DNA of 64,000 nt from an uncultured Bacilli bacterium (lineage in GTDB: Bacteria > Bacillota_I > Bacilli_A > RFN20 > CAG-826). Within the stretch, counting starts at the first letter, position 1, and the number at the start of each line of letters is the position of its first letter. The position numbers and the translations under genes are program-made. The notes under the pieces are model-generated. The model did not search any database. It was given only the letters and a program-made list of their open reading frames with translations, and was not told where the DNA came from. This document shows, piece after piece, positions 10,043 to 21,468 of this stretch. The stretch lies in assembly GCA_944358985.1 (NCBI GenBank), contig CALVSI010000004.1, positions 28,102 through 92,101 of the forward strand. The letters are read 5' to 3'.

Positions 10043-11245
10043 ATGAAAAAAAATCTTGTTTATATCCAAAGTGGTGGTCCCACCAGTGTTATAAATTCTT
10101 CATTATATGGTGCTATTATTGAAGCTAGAAATCATCAAGATAAAATCGAACATGTTCTAGGTTCTTTACATGGTATCGAAGGACTAATTTATGATAATTT
10201 AGTAGTTCTTGATGAAGAAGATAATGAACAAATCGAATTATTAAAACAAACATCTGGGGCGATTTTAGGTTCAACAAGATTAAAACTTCCAGATGATTAT
10301 CATCATGATTTATATTTTAAAATTGTTGAAAATATTAAAAAGCATAATATTGGATATATATTAATTAATGGTGGTAACGATTCAATGGATACTTGCTATC
10401 GTATTTCTAAATTATGTGAAGAGTTGAAATTGGATGTTAAAGTTATGGGTGTTCCTAAAACTATCGACAATGATTTAGCTATCACCGATCACTCGTTAGG
10501 TTTTGGTTCAGCTTGTAAATATGTTATCAATACGGTTGCTCAAATTGCTATCGACGCTCGCGGATTTAAAAAAGGAAAAGTACATCTAATTGAAATTATG
10601 GGTCGAAGTGCTGGTTGGTTGACAGCAAGTTGTGATATTTTAGATGAAAAATATAGACCAGACCTTATTTATATTCCAGAAAGACATTTTGAAGTTAAGG
10701 AATTTTTAAAAGATATTAAACGTGTTTATGATAAAAAAGGTTCGGTTATTGTTGCTCTTAGTGAAGGTATTAATTTTCCAAGAAAAGTAACATCGTCATC
10801 AACTGATGGATTTGGACACGTTCAATTAGAAGGTGTCGCGACAGAATTAGCGTTTGATGTCGAAGACCAATTGCATCTTCCTTATCGTATTATCGAGTTA
10901 AGTGTTCCTCAAAGAGCGTTCGTATCTTTAATAAGCAAAACTGATGAAGAAGAAGCGATAAATGCAGCAAAAAAAGCTTTACAATGTGCTTTAAATGGTG
11001 AAACTTCTAAAATGGTTGTTTTAAAAAGATTGAGCAATCATCCATATCGTGTTGACTATCAAGTTGAAAGCGTTCATTTAATCGCTAATGCAGTAAAAAC
11101 AATTCCTGATGATTTTCTAGATAACCAAGAGCATATGTCAAAATCATTCAAGGAATATCTCTCTCCGCTAATTAAAGGCGAAACAGATGTCATTTATGAC
11201 GATGGAATAATCCGATTTGCTAAATTTAAATTCATCAAAGCATAA
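10043..11245 (+). CDS. pfp: Pyrophosphate-dependent 6-phosphofructokinase (PFK family; PPi type by diagnostic residues)
   Basis: GGNDS (10370-10384), with Asp where ATP-PFKs have Gly. PKTIDND has Lys (10457-10459) where ATP-PFKs have Gly. MGR motif present. Confidence 0.8.
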   Translation: MKKNLVYIQSGGPTSVINSSLYGAIIEARNHQDKIEHVLGSLHGIEGLIYDNLVVLDEEDNEQIELLKQTSGAILGSTRLKLPDDYHHDLYFKIVENIKKHNIGYILINGGNDSMDTCYRISKLCEELKLDVKVMGVPKTIDNDLAITDHSLGFGSACKYVINTVAQIAIDARGFKKGKVHLIEIMGRSAGWLTASCDILDEKYRPDLIYIPERHFEVKEFLKDIKRVYDKKGSVIVALSEGINFPRKVTSSSTDGFGHVQLEGVATELAFDVEDQLHLPYRIIELSVPQRAFVSLISKTDEEEAINAAKKALQCALNGETSKMVVLKRLSNHPYRVDYQVESVHLIANAVKTIPDDFLDNQEHMSKSFKEYLSPLIKGETDVIYDDGIIRFAKFKFIKA

Positions 11246-11246
11246 A

Positions 11247-11636
11247 ATGGATAAAATTAAAAAGTTATCTTTAGTAAAAAAATCTTTGTTATTATCTATT
11301 CTGATCACTATTTTAGCTTTTGTTTTTACGATACCTTTATTCTTTTTTAATTTACTTGAAATACCTTTAGGTATATTATTAGGTGGTATAGGATGCATTA
11401 TTTCTTTATCGTTATTTACGATAAAAGAAAACTCACTAGATAAGCATTCTTTAATGATTTTGACAATTATTAATATCGTGCTGATGAGTATCATTCACGC
11501 TTCGTGTTTGATACTTGCTGGATGCTTATATTATTTATGTGATTTGCACATATTTAATGTATTTGCAACATTTGGGGCATCATTTATTGGATTATTGTCA
11601 CTAGTCATTATCTCTTTAATTAGCAAAAAGGAATAA
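11247..11636 (+). CDS. atpI: ATP synthase protein I-like small membrane protein
   Basis: About 129 aa with four hydrophobic segments, directly upstream of atpB. ATG 11247 lies 1 nt after the pfp stop. Confidence 0.6.
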   Translation: MDKIKKLSLVKKSLLLSILITILAFVFTIPLFFFNLLEIPLGILLGGIGCIISLSLFTIKENSLDKHSLMILTIINIVLMSIIHASCLILAGCLYYLCDLHIFNVFATFGASFIGLLSLVIISLISKKE

Positions 11637-11638
11637 CA

Positions 11639-12436
11639 ATGAATAATATTGATAAAATTGTTGAATTATTCTTACTACCACCAGATAAATGGAATGACGA
11701 AATTATTGGTTTTTTATTTTCTAGTGGTTGCGTTATGTTGATTATGATTATTTTAATCATAATTATTAATATAAAAGCCCGCTTTGCTGATCCTTTAAAA
11801 AAGCCAAAAGGAATCCTATTTTTATTTGAAAGCGGAGTTAAGATGTTTGATAACTTATGTTTAGATATCATGGGAAAACATTTTGATGGTTTCGGCGGAT
11901 TTATGTTTGGCATCAGCGGTTATTTGCTAATAACATTTATGTTTGGTTTAACTGGTCTACCATCGCCGATGACTAACCTTGCTGTTCCATTGTCTTTAGG
12001 ATTAACTACATTTTTGTTAATTCATATTACAGCGATTAGAACAAATAAATGGAAATATTTTAAAAGATATATCGATCCAATCCCAAAAGTGCCATTATTT
12101 TTACCAATTAATTTATTATCAATGTGGTCACCTTTAATTAGTTTGAGTTTCCGTTTGTTTGGGAACGCGATTGCGGGATGGACATTGATGAGTCTTGTTT
12201 ATTATGCTTTAGAGAATTTATCAATCGCAATATTCTCATTTTTGCCTGACGGTGTTAATTCGTTATTTATTGCACCTATTATCGCACCAATATTGCACCT
12301 TTATTTTGATTTATTCTCAGCGTTTATTCAAACAGTGGTTTTTTGTATGTTATCAATGATGTTAATTGGTCAAGAAGGACCAGATGATGAAGAAGAAATT
12401 TCAAAAGCAACGCAAGTTAAATCGCTTGCAAATTAA
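11639..12436 (+). CDS. atpB: F0 ATP synthase subunit a
   Basis: Polytopic protein. FRLFGNAIAG contains the conserved stator Arg. Operon position fits. Confidence 0.9.
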   Translation: MNNIDKIVELFLLPPDKWNDEIIGFLFSSGCVMLIMIILIIIINIKARFADPLKKPKGILFLFESGVKMFDNLCLDIMGKHFDGFGGFMFGISGYLLITFMFGLTGLPSPMTNLAVPLSLGLTTFLLIHITAIRTNKWKYFKRYIDPIPKVPLFLPINLLSMWSPLISLSFRLFGNAIAGWTLMSLVYYALENLSIAIFSFLPDGVNSLFIAPIIAPILHLYFDLFSAFIQTVVFCMLSMMLIGQEGPDDEEEISKATQVKSLAN

Positions 12437-12489
12437 ATTGGTTGAAATAGTTTTACTATTTTAATAAAAACTTATAAGGAGGTTAAATT

Positions 12490-12705
12490 ATGGATCTTAC
12501 TGCATTAGCAGCCGGTATTGCTGTCTTATCAGGTATTGGTAACGCAATTGGCGAAGCATTTGTTTGCTCACATGCACTTGATGGAATGACAAGAAATCCA
12601 GAAATGGCAAAAACATTGCGTAACAATATGATTTTAGGATGTGCAATTGTTGAAACAACTGGTATTTACGCCCTTGTCGTGGCAATTATGATTTTATTTG
12701 TGTAG
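12490..12705 (+). CDS. atpE: F0 ATP synthase subunit c
   Basis: 71-aa helical hairpin with loop RNPE. Carboxylate motif AIVETTGIYALV in helix 2, and Glu22 in helix 1. Confidence 0.95.
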   Translation: MDLTALAAGIAVLSGIGNAIGEAFVCSHALDGMTRNPEMAKTLRNNMILGCAIVETTGIYALVVAIMILFV

Positions 12706-12707
12706 TT

Positions 12708-13289
12708 ATGAATTATTTAAATTATTTTATTTCTGTTTTAAGTGACACAACTAGTGATTATCCTTCATTACCAAGCGGTGAAGACTTTCTTGCTAAAATA
12801 ATTCCAAATATTTGGGCATTTTTGATTCAATTTCTTTCATTAATTGTTTTAGTCATCATATTTTTTGTTTTTGCTTACAAACCTGTTAGAAAAATTGTTA
12901 AAAAAAGACAGGATGCGATTGATAATGAAATCAAATCTGCTTTCGATAACAACAATAAATCTAAGCAAGATTTACAAATAGCAAAGCAAACTTTAAGCGA
13001 TGCTAGAAAAAACGCTGATGAAATTATTGAAAATGCAAAATTAGAAGCTAATAAGCAAAAAAATGAAATTATCAAGCAGGCTAACGAGGAAGTTCGACAA
13101 ATAAAAATCAATGCTGATGAGGATATCAAAAAGAAATATGAGTCATTAAAAGATGACATTCATAATGAAATTGTTGATGTTGCCTTATTAGCGTCAAAAC
13201 AACTTTTAAAACGTAATGTTGATGACAAAGATAATCGCGAATATGTAAAAGAATTTATTAAGGAAGTGGATTTAGAAAAACATGACTAA
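12708..13289 (+). CDS. atpF: F0 ATP synthase subunit b
   Basis: One N-terminal TM segment followed by a long charged helical region. Operon position fits. Confidence 0.85.
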   Translation: MNYLNYFISVLSDTTSDYPSLPSGEDFLAKIIPNIWAFLIQFLSLIVLVIIFFVFAYKPVRKIVKKRQDAIDNEIKSAFDNNNKSKQDLQIAKQTLSDARKNADEIIENAKLEANKQKNEIIKQANEEVRQIKINADEDIKKKYESLKDDIHNEIVDVALLASKQLLKRNVDDKDNREYVKEFIKEVDLEKHD

Positions 13290-13824
13290 AGACTTGTTAC
13301 ACTATAGCCAAGCTTTATATCTTATTGCTGATGAAACAAGCCAAGTTAAAACATATCGTCTAAATGCTATTGAATTAATAAAAATATTCAAAGACAATTC
13401 ACAATTTGTTCATTTGTTAGATTGCCAGTTTGTTGAATTATCAACCCGTTTAAAAATTATTGACGATGTGTTTTATCAGCATTTAGATGAAACTTTTTTG
13501 GCATTTTTAAAAATTGTTATTGAAAGTCATAAGATAAGCAAAATTGTCAGAATATTGTCTGATTTTGTTTCACTATGCAATAAAAAATTATCAATTCGTG
13601 AAGGAATTGTTTATTCAATATCTAAATTAGATGAAAAAACACTAAATGAAATTCAATCAGTAATGGAAGCAAAAATTCAACAAGAATTATATTTAAAAAA
13701 TAGAATAGATGAAAATTTAATTGCAGGAATAAAATTAACAATTGATGGTCATGTATATGATTACAGCGTTAGTAATATTTTAAAAGATTTGCATAAAAAA
13801 CTTTTAACTTCAAAGGAGAAATAA
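13282..13824 (+). CDS. atpH: F1 ATP synthase subunit delta (OSCP)
   Basis: 180 aa, located between b and alpha, overlapping atpF by 8 nt. Confidence 0.8.
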   Translation: MTKDLLHYSQALYLIADETSQVKTYRLNAIELIKIFKDNSQFVHLLDCQFVELSTRLKIIDDVFYQHLDETFLAFLKIVIESHKISKIVRILSDFVSLCNKKLSIREGIVYSISKLDEKTLNEIQSVMEAKIQQELYLKNRIDENLIAGIKLTIDGHVYDYSVSNILKDLHKKLLTSKEK

Positions 13825-13826
13825 AT

Positions 13827-15335
13827 ATGGATATCAATACTTCAAAAATATCTTCTATTATTAAAAAACAAATTGAAAATTTTTCATCCTCTTTAAAAGA
13901 TGATGATGTCGGCACTGTTATTTCAAGTGGCGACGGTATTTGTCTTGTATATGGATTAAATCATGCGATGTTAGGAGAACTAGTCGTATTTGATGACGAT
14001 ATTTATGGAATGGTGATGAGTATTGAAGAAGACCATATTGGTGTTATTTTGCTTGGTGATTGTAACAAAATTAAAGAAGGCGATGAAGTTAAAAGAACTA
14101 ATCAAGTTATGCAAACTCCTGTTGGCGATAATCTTTTAGGAAGAGTAATTAATCCTCTTGGCGAACCACTTGATGGATTAGGACCGATTAAAACTGAAAA
14201 GTATCGTCCAATTGAACGAATTGCACCTGGTGTAATGATACGTGAACCAGTCAATAAGCCTTTACAAACTGGTATTAAAGCAATTGATGCGATGATACCG
14301 ATTGGAAGAGGGCAAAGAGAATTGATTATTGGCGATCGACAAGTAGGGAAAACGGCGATTGCTATTGACACTATAATCAATCAAAAAGATCAAAACGTAT
14401 ATTGCATATATGTTGCTATTGGTCAAAAAAATTCTACAGTGGCACAAATTGTTGACAAATTAAAATACTATCATGCTTTAGACTATACAGTAGTTATTAA
14501 CGCTAGTGCTAGTCAAGAAGCGCCATTACTTTATATTGCACCTTTTGTTGGATGTGCAATCGCAGAAGAATGGATGGAACAAGGAAAAGATGTTTTGATT
14601 ATTTATGATGATTTGTCAAAACACGCTGTTAGTTATCGGGCCTTATCATTACTTTTGAAACGTTCGCCTGGTCGTGAAGCTTATCCTGGCGACATTTTCT
14701 ATTTGCATTCAAGATTATTGGAAAGAGCTTGCAAATTAGATCAAGAACATGGTGGTGGTTCTATTACTGCTTTGCCAATCGTTGAAACGCAAGCTGGAGA
14801 TATTTCCGCATATATTCCAACGAATATAATATCGATTACCGATGGTCAAATATTTTTAGTTACTGATTTATTCAATGCTGGACAAAGACCAGCCATCGAT
14901 AGTGGATTTTCGGTTTCTCGTGTTGGCGGTGCTGCACAAGTTAAAGCGATGAAAAAAGTATCGTCATCGCTAAAGATTGATTTAGCAAATTATAATGAGT
15001 TAAAATCATTTTCTCAATTTGGATCCGATTTAGATGATGAAACAAAGCGTATTTTACGTCATGGTGAAGTATTGTTAGAAGTTTTAAAGCAAAATCAATA
15101 TAATACCTATCCTCTTATCGATCAAATTTTAGAACTATTCATCGCTAAAAATTATTATCTTGATAGTTTTAAAAATGATGAGTTTCTTAAAATTTTAAAT
15201 CGCGCTGTTAATTTCTTAAAAACAGAGCAAAAAGAATACGTATCACAAATTATTAAGACAAATGATATTTCAAAAGAATTAGAAAATAATTTGATAAATA
15301 AATTGGATGAATATTTTAAAGCGTATCAAAATTAA
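13827..15335 (+). CDS. atpA: F1 ATP synthase subunit alpha
   Basis: Walker A GDRQVGKT. Highly conserved alpha-subunit sequence throughout. Confidence 0.97.
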   Translation: MDINTSKISSIIKKQIENFSSSLKDDDVGTVISSGDGICLVYGLNHAMLGELVVFDDDIYGMVMSIEEDHIGVILLGDCNKIKEGDEVKRTNQVMQTPVGDNLLGRVINPLGEPLDGLGPIKTEKYRPIERIAPGVMIREPVNKPLQTGIKAIDAMIPIGRGQRELIIGDRQVGKTAIAIDTIINQKDQNVYCIYVAIGQKNSTVAQIVDKLKYYHALDYTVVINASASQEAPLLYIAPFVGCAIAEEWMEQGKDVLIIYDDLSKHAVSYRALSLLLKRSPGREAYPGDIFYLHSRLLERACKLDQEHGGGSITALPIVETQAGDISAYIPTNIISITDGQIFLVTDLFNAGQRPAIDSGFSVSRVGGAAQVKAMKKVSSSLKIDLANYNELKSFSQFGSDLDDETKRILRHGEVLLEVLKQNQYNTYPLIDQILELFIAKNYYLDSFKNDEFLKILNRAVNFLKTEQKEYVSQIIKTNDISKELENNLINKLDEYFKAYQN

Positions 15336-15348
15336 TTAAGGATTATTT

Positions 15349-17615
<2,267 letters not shown>

Positions 17616-17616
17616 A

Positions 17617-18018
17617 ATGAAAAATACTTTCCATCTTATTATTGCTTCTCCATTGGGTGTTTATTTAGAAGATAATATCGATTATTTAGATGCTTATGCT
17701 AGCGATGGCAATTTTGGCATTTTACCAAATTACACTAGTTTTGTATCTGATTTGGCCATTAGCAAATTATCTTATAAAAAAGATGGCAAAACACATGTAT
17801 TTGCCATTTCTGGTGGCGTTTTAATGGTGGAAAATAACGTTTGTAATGTTATTATTAATTCTATTGAATCAAAAGATGATATTGATTTAGATCGTGCATA
17901 CAAAGCAAAAAAACGTGCTGAAGATCGATTAAATGGTGATAAAAATATTGATGTAGAAAGAGCAAAGCTTGCTTTATATAAGGCGATAAATAGAATAAAA
18001 ATTAAGGAAGAAAATTAA
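17617..18018 (+). CDS. atpC: F1 ATP synthase subunit epsilon
   Basis: 133 aa, last gene of the operon, with a beta-sandwich plus helical-hairpin layout. Confidence 0.85.
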   Translation: MKNTFHLIIASPLGVYLEDNIDYLDAYASDGNFGILPNYTSFVSDLAISKLSYKKDGKTHVFAISGGVLMVENNVCNVIINSIESKDDIDLDRAYKAKKRAEDRLNGDKNIDVERAKLALYKAINRIKIKEEN

Positions 18019-18869
18019 TTTTTAATTACATCAATTAATTCATCTAATTCATCTTTATTTGCGTAATTAAAATATTTTGAGGATACTTTGTTATTAATTG
18101 TTTCTACATGACACGCTAAAGCTGTTTCTGTATATGGTAACCCATACGCAGTATAAATATTATTTTTAGTTTCATCATCGATATACTTTAAGTCTAAAAG
18201 TAGTGAGGGTATTTCGCTTTCTTCCAAAAGAGGCTTGATTTGCGTATTAAATATATAATTTGATGAAGGTTCGGCATACGAAGAATTTTTATCATCTAAT
18301 GTGAATAATATAAACTCATCATATTTATCAATAAATGTATTAATTGAAGTAATATTTGATGCAGTATATATGTTGCTTATTAAACAAAACTCAATCATTG
18401 CAGATTCAAATAGACGATAAGACGAATAACGTGAACTCGATAAAGTTAATGATAGTTCGCCATCATTAAAAAACATTATTTTAGGTGTTTCGTTAAATAA
18501 ATTTGAAAACGTATCTTTGATATAATATATATCGCTGCTTTCATTAGAAAATGAATATATTAGATAATTATAATTTTTTAAAAATACATCCAAATAATTG
18601 CTAACTGTCTCACAAGCAGCACAGTAATTTGAATAAAAATATAGTATAAAATCTTCTTTATCTTCGATTTTTTTAATAAATTCATCGCCAACAATATTTT
18701 TTGGTTTGAATATTTCGCTATTTCCATTATCTACTTCGTTACTTTTTATATACAAATCTAAATCATTAATGATTGTGACTTTATTTGCATCATTAACACA
18801 TCCAGTAGTAGTAATACTTATAATTGGCAATAATATGGATAATAATATTTTTTTAAAATCAATTTTCAT
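18015..18869 (-). CDS. Lipoprotein with thioredoxin-like CxxC domain
   Basis: Signal peptide with lipobox ITTTGC. FILYFYSNYCAACETV contains CAAC in a thioredoxin-like context. Confidence 0.6.
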   Translation of the reverse strand: MKIDFKKILLSILLPIISITTTGCVNDANKVTIINDLDLYIKSNEVDNGNSEIFKPKNIVGDEFIKKIEDKEDFILYFYSNYCAACETVSNYLDVFLKNYNYLIYSFSNESSDIYYIKDTFSNLFNETPKIMFFNDGELSLTLSSSRYSSYRLFESAMIEFCLISNIYTASNITSINTFIDKYDEFILFTLDDKNSSYAEPSSNYIFNTQIKPLLEESEIPSLLLDLKYIDDETKNNIYTAYGLPYTETALACHVETINNKVSSKYFNYANKDELDELIDVIKN

Positions 18870-18989
18870 AACACAAATATTATATTACCTTATAAAAAAA
18901 GTTAAAACATAACTTTTTAATGACCTTTATTGTTTTCTTTTGTTTTTAAAATCAAAAACATGGTATATTTTAAATAAAGGAGAAAACTT

Positions 18990-19550
18990 ATGCACGCTTG
19001 GCACGATATTAGTCCTTTAAGAATTACAAAAGAAAAATTTTTAGCAATGATTGAAATTTCTAAAGGCTCCAAAAACAAATATGAATTAGATAAAGAGACA
19101 GGTCATTTAATGTTAGATCGAGTGTTGTTTACTAGCACTCACTATCCACAAAATTATGGTTTCATACCTTTAACCTACGCTTTGGATTTTGACCCATTAG
19201 ATGTTTTAATTTTATGCAGCGAAGCTATCTTACCAATGGCGTTAGTCAACGCTAAACCGATTGGGGTTTTGATTATGGAAGATAATGGCTTGAGCGATGA
19301 AAAAATTATCGCAGTCGCTTTAGATGATCCTTTTTATAACAATTATAATGATATAAGTGAAATTCCTTCACATGTCATGGATGAAATTAAACATTTCTTT
19401 GCTGTTTATAAAACGTTAGAAGGCAAATCCACGACAATTGACAAAGTTCTTGGAAAAAAAGAAGCAATGGATATTATTGATAAAGCTTTAAAAAGATACA
19501 AAGAAAAAATCCTTCCAACAATTAACGCTAGAAGAAATGCACTAAGATAA
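18990..19550 (+). CDS. ppa: Inorganic pyrophosphatase, family I
   Basis: EISKGSKNKYELDKETG and DFDPLDVLIL motifs. AAGGAG Shine-Dalgarno sequence. Confidence 0.92.
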   Translation: MHAWHDISPLRITKEKFLAMIEISKGSKNKYELDKETGHLMLDRVLFTSTHYPQNYGFIPLTYALDFDPLDVLILCSEAILPMALVNAKPIGVLIMEDNGLSDEKIIAVALDDPFYNNYNDISEIPSHVMDEIKHFFAVYKTLEGKSTTIDKVLGKKEAMDIIDKALKRYKEKILPTINARRNALR

Positions 19551-20390
19551 TTTATCTAGTTTAATGTTTTCATTTATCCGTTTTAATTTTTCATTTTTGA
19601 TATCAAGATAACATTGAAGCTTTCTATTTTTATACATCATTTGTGCCCAATAAAACCACAAAATATCTTCAAATTTTATAAAATTATCAACTTTTTTTAG
19701 TTTAGATTTATTTAATTTATAACCGAAATAAGTCTTCAAAAATAATTGTTTTTGCTGCAAATCAAGATTATTTTCACTAATAAATGACGCTAAATCGAAA
19801 TATAGATAGTTATTTCCTGCAAATTCAAAATCGATAAATGTGACATCATTATATTTAAATAGCATATTGTTTTTGACTAAATCATTATGACATAAACAAA
19901 GACTTTCATTATCTATGCTTTTCTTAATTCGATTAATTATTTTTCTTTCATAACGCCCATCTATTTTTTCATACGATTCGTTTTTATATGTTTTAAACCT
20001 TTCAAACATATCAAACTTTTTAATATTACCATCACTAATTTTATGTATTTTCTTTAATGCTTTTGCAACGCTAATAATATTGAAATTATTCATTTCTTCT
20101 TTATAGGATCGCCCTTGATGGACACATTTCATAATTAAAATATTTCGTGTAATATCATATAAAAAAACATTAACAACGTTTTTGTTATCTTTTAGCACGT
20201 CTAAAACATATTTTTCATTATTAAAATCGATAAAAGGTTGAATGTATTCACTTGACATTTTTAAAACGTAAGCATCATTAATTAAGTACACGATATTAGT
20301 AAAACCATCATCAAATTTGATAACAGATTTTACTTTTTTATTTGTTAATTCAAAAAATAGTTGTTTTATTTTATCAGTCGATTTATCCAT
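19542..20390 (-). CDS. Choline/ethanolamine kinase family phosphotransferase (LicA-like)
   Basis: Brenner motif LCHNDLVKNN and IDFEFAGNNYLYFDLA. Confidence 0.6.
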   Translation of the reverse strand: MDKSTDKIKQLFFELTNKKVKSVIKFDDGFTNIVYLINDAYVLKMSSEYIQPFIDFNNEKYVLDVLKDNKNVVNVFLYDITRNILIMKCVHQGRSYKEEMNNFNIISVAKALKKIHKISDGNIKKFDMFERFKTYKNESYEKIDGRYERKIINRIKKSIDNESLCLCHNDLVKNNMLFKYNDVTFIDFEFAGNNYLYFDLASFISENNLDLQQKQLFLKTYFGYKLNKSKLKKVDNFIKFEDILWFYWAQMMYKNRKLQCYLDIKNEKLKRINENIKLDKLS

Positions 20391-20396
20391 ACATTT

Positions 20397-20402
20397 ATTA
20401 TC
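20397..20402 (-). promoter_or_regulatory. -10-like GATAAT, 6 nt upstream of the kinase ATG; candidate leaderless promoter
   Basis: Minus strand reads TAAGATAAT-AAATGT-ATG with no Shine-Dalgarno sequence. Confidence 0.3.
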
Positions 20403-20454
20403 TTATTAAAATTTTTTTAAAAAATAAACATGTATGTTTTAAATGACAAAACTA

Positions 20455-20482
20455 TTTACATGCTGTCAAATTATCGTATTAT
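20455..20482 (+). promoter_or_regulatory. Sigma-A-like promoter TTTACA-16-TATTAT, 7 nt upstream of the trmL ATG; candidate leaderless
   Basis: -35 at 20455-20460, -10 at 20477-20482, ATG at 20490, no Shine-Dalgarno sequence. Confidence 0.4.
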
Positions 20483-20489
20483 TTTATGT

Positions 20490-21017
20490 ATGATTAATGT
20501 TGTTTTATATCGTCCTGAAAAGCCATTAAATACTGGAAATATTATGCGAACTTGCATGGCAATAAAAGCCAAATTACATATAATAGGTCCGTTGTCGTTT
20601 TCATTAGACGAGAAGCAAATTAAACGCTCAGGGTTGGATTATATTGAAGACTTAAGCATGGATTATTATGAAAATATTGAAGAATTTTATATAAAGAATG
20701 GTAATGTTGATATTTACTATGTCACAAGATATTCAAATAAAGTTTATTCCAATTATGATTTTTCTAATCCTGTGAAAGATTATTATTTTATGTTTGGACG
20801 AGAATCAACCGGCATACCTCATGATATATTAAGAAAAAATCCAAATAAGTTATTAAGAATACCAATGGTAAGTAATTGTCGAAGCTTAAATTTATCCAAT
20901 TGTGTTGCTATTATTTGTTATGAAGCATTACGACAACAAGGGTATATAAATCTAGCCACCCAAGAGGAAATAAAAGGGGAAGATTTTTTAAACAAAGAGA
21001 TAAGTTATGAAATTTAA
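20490..21017 (+). CDS. trmL: tRNA (cytidine/uridine-2'-O)-methyltransferase TrmL (SpoU/TrmH family)
   Basis: MINVVLYRPEKPLNTGNIMRTC matches the canonical TrmL N-terminus. The upstream 20 codons of the ORF track are judged spurious. Confidence 0.85.
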   Translation: MINVVLYRPEKPLNTGNIMRTCMAIKAKLHIIGPLSFSLDEKQIKRSGLDYIEDLSMDYYENIEEFYIKNGNVDIYYVTRYSNKVYSNYDFSNPVKDYYFMFGRESTGIPHDILRKNPNKLLRIPMVSNCRSLNLSNCVAIICYEALRQQGYINLATQEEIKGEDFLNKEISYEI

Positions 21018-21468
21018 GTGTTTAAATTTATTATTAATGATTTTTTTGTTAGCTAGCTGCAAACATGATAATTTTGCAAAAATAGATTTTCCTTATGCTG
21101 AAAATGGACAAATAATTACTACAAATGGTAAAAAATTGTATGATTTAACAATTAATGAAACTACTTCTTTAGCGTGTATTTTTACTATTGATAATTGTGC
21201 AACCTGTCATGAGGCTGTTTCACAATTAAAAGGTTTATGTGAGATTGGACATTTCGATATTTATAAAATCAACTTAACAACTATCACACAAGAAGATTAT
21301 CAATATATTGTAGACGCTACAAGTTATGCAAATAATGCATATAAATTTCCAGATTATGGAGAAGCATTGTCGCTTCCCATCATGTATATATTTGCTTATA
21401 AAGGGGTTATTATTACTTTTCAAGAATATTTTGTCGATAATATTTTAAAATACGTTAACACGAACTAG
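21007..21468 (+). CDS. Small lipoprotein with thioredoxin-like CxxC motif
   Basis: Lipobox LLASC. FTIDNCATCHEAVSQL contains CATC and resembles the motif in the 18015-18869 lipoprotein. Confidence 0.55.
   Translation: MKFKCLNLLLMIFLLASCKHDNFAKIDFPYAENGQIITTNGKKLYDLTINETTSLACIFTIDNCATCHEAVSQLKGLCEIGHFDIYKINLTTITQEDYQYIVDATSYANNAYKFPDYGEALSLPIMYIFAYKGVIITFQEYFVDNILKYVNTN

Noticed and set aside
11168-11913. Two longer antisense ORFs (108 and 97 aa) opposite atpI and atpB.
   Set aside because: They are hydrophobic mirror images of membrane-protein codons (shadow frames). They overlap the well-supported atp operon and have no translation signals.
18893-18918. A-run, AAAGTTA-aaaca-TAACTTT hairpin and T-run resembling a bidirectional terminator.
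   Set aside because: It lies between two divergent gene starts, so it terminates nothing obvious. The stem is almost entirely A-T and could be chance in this composition.
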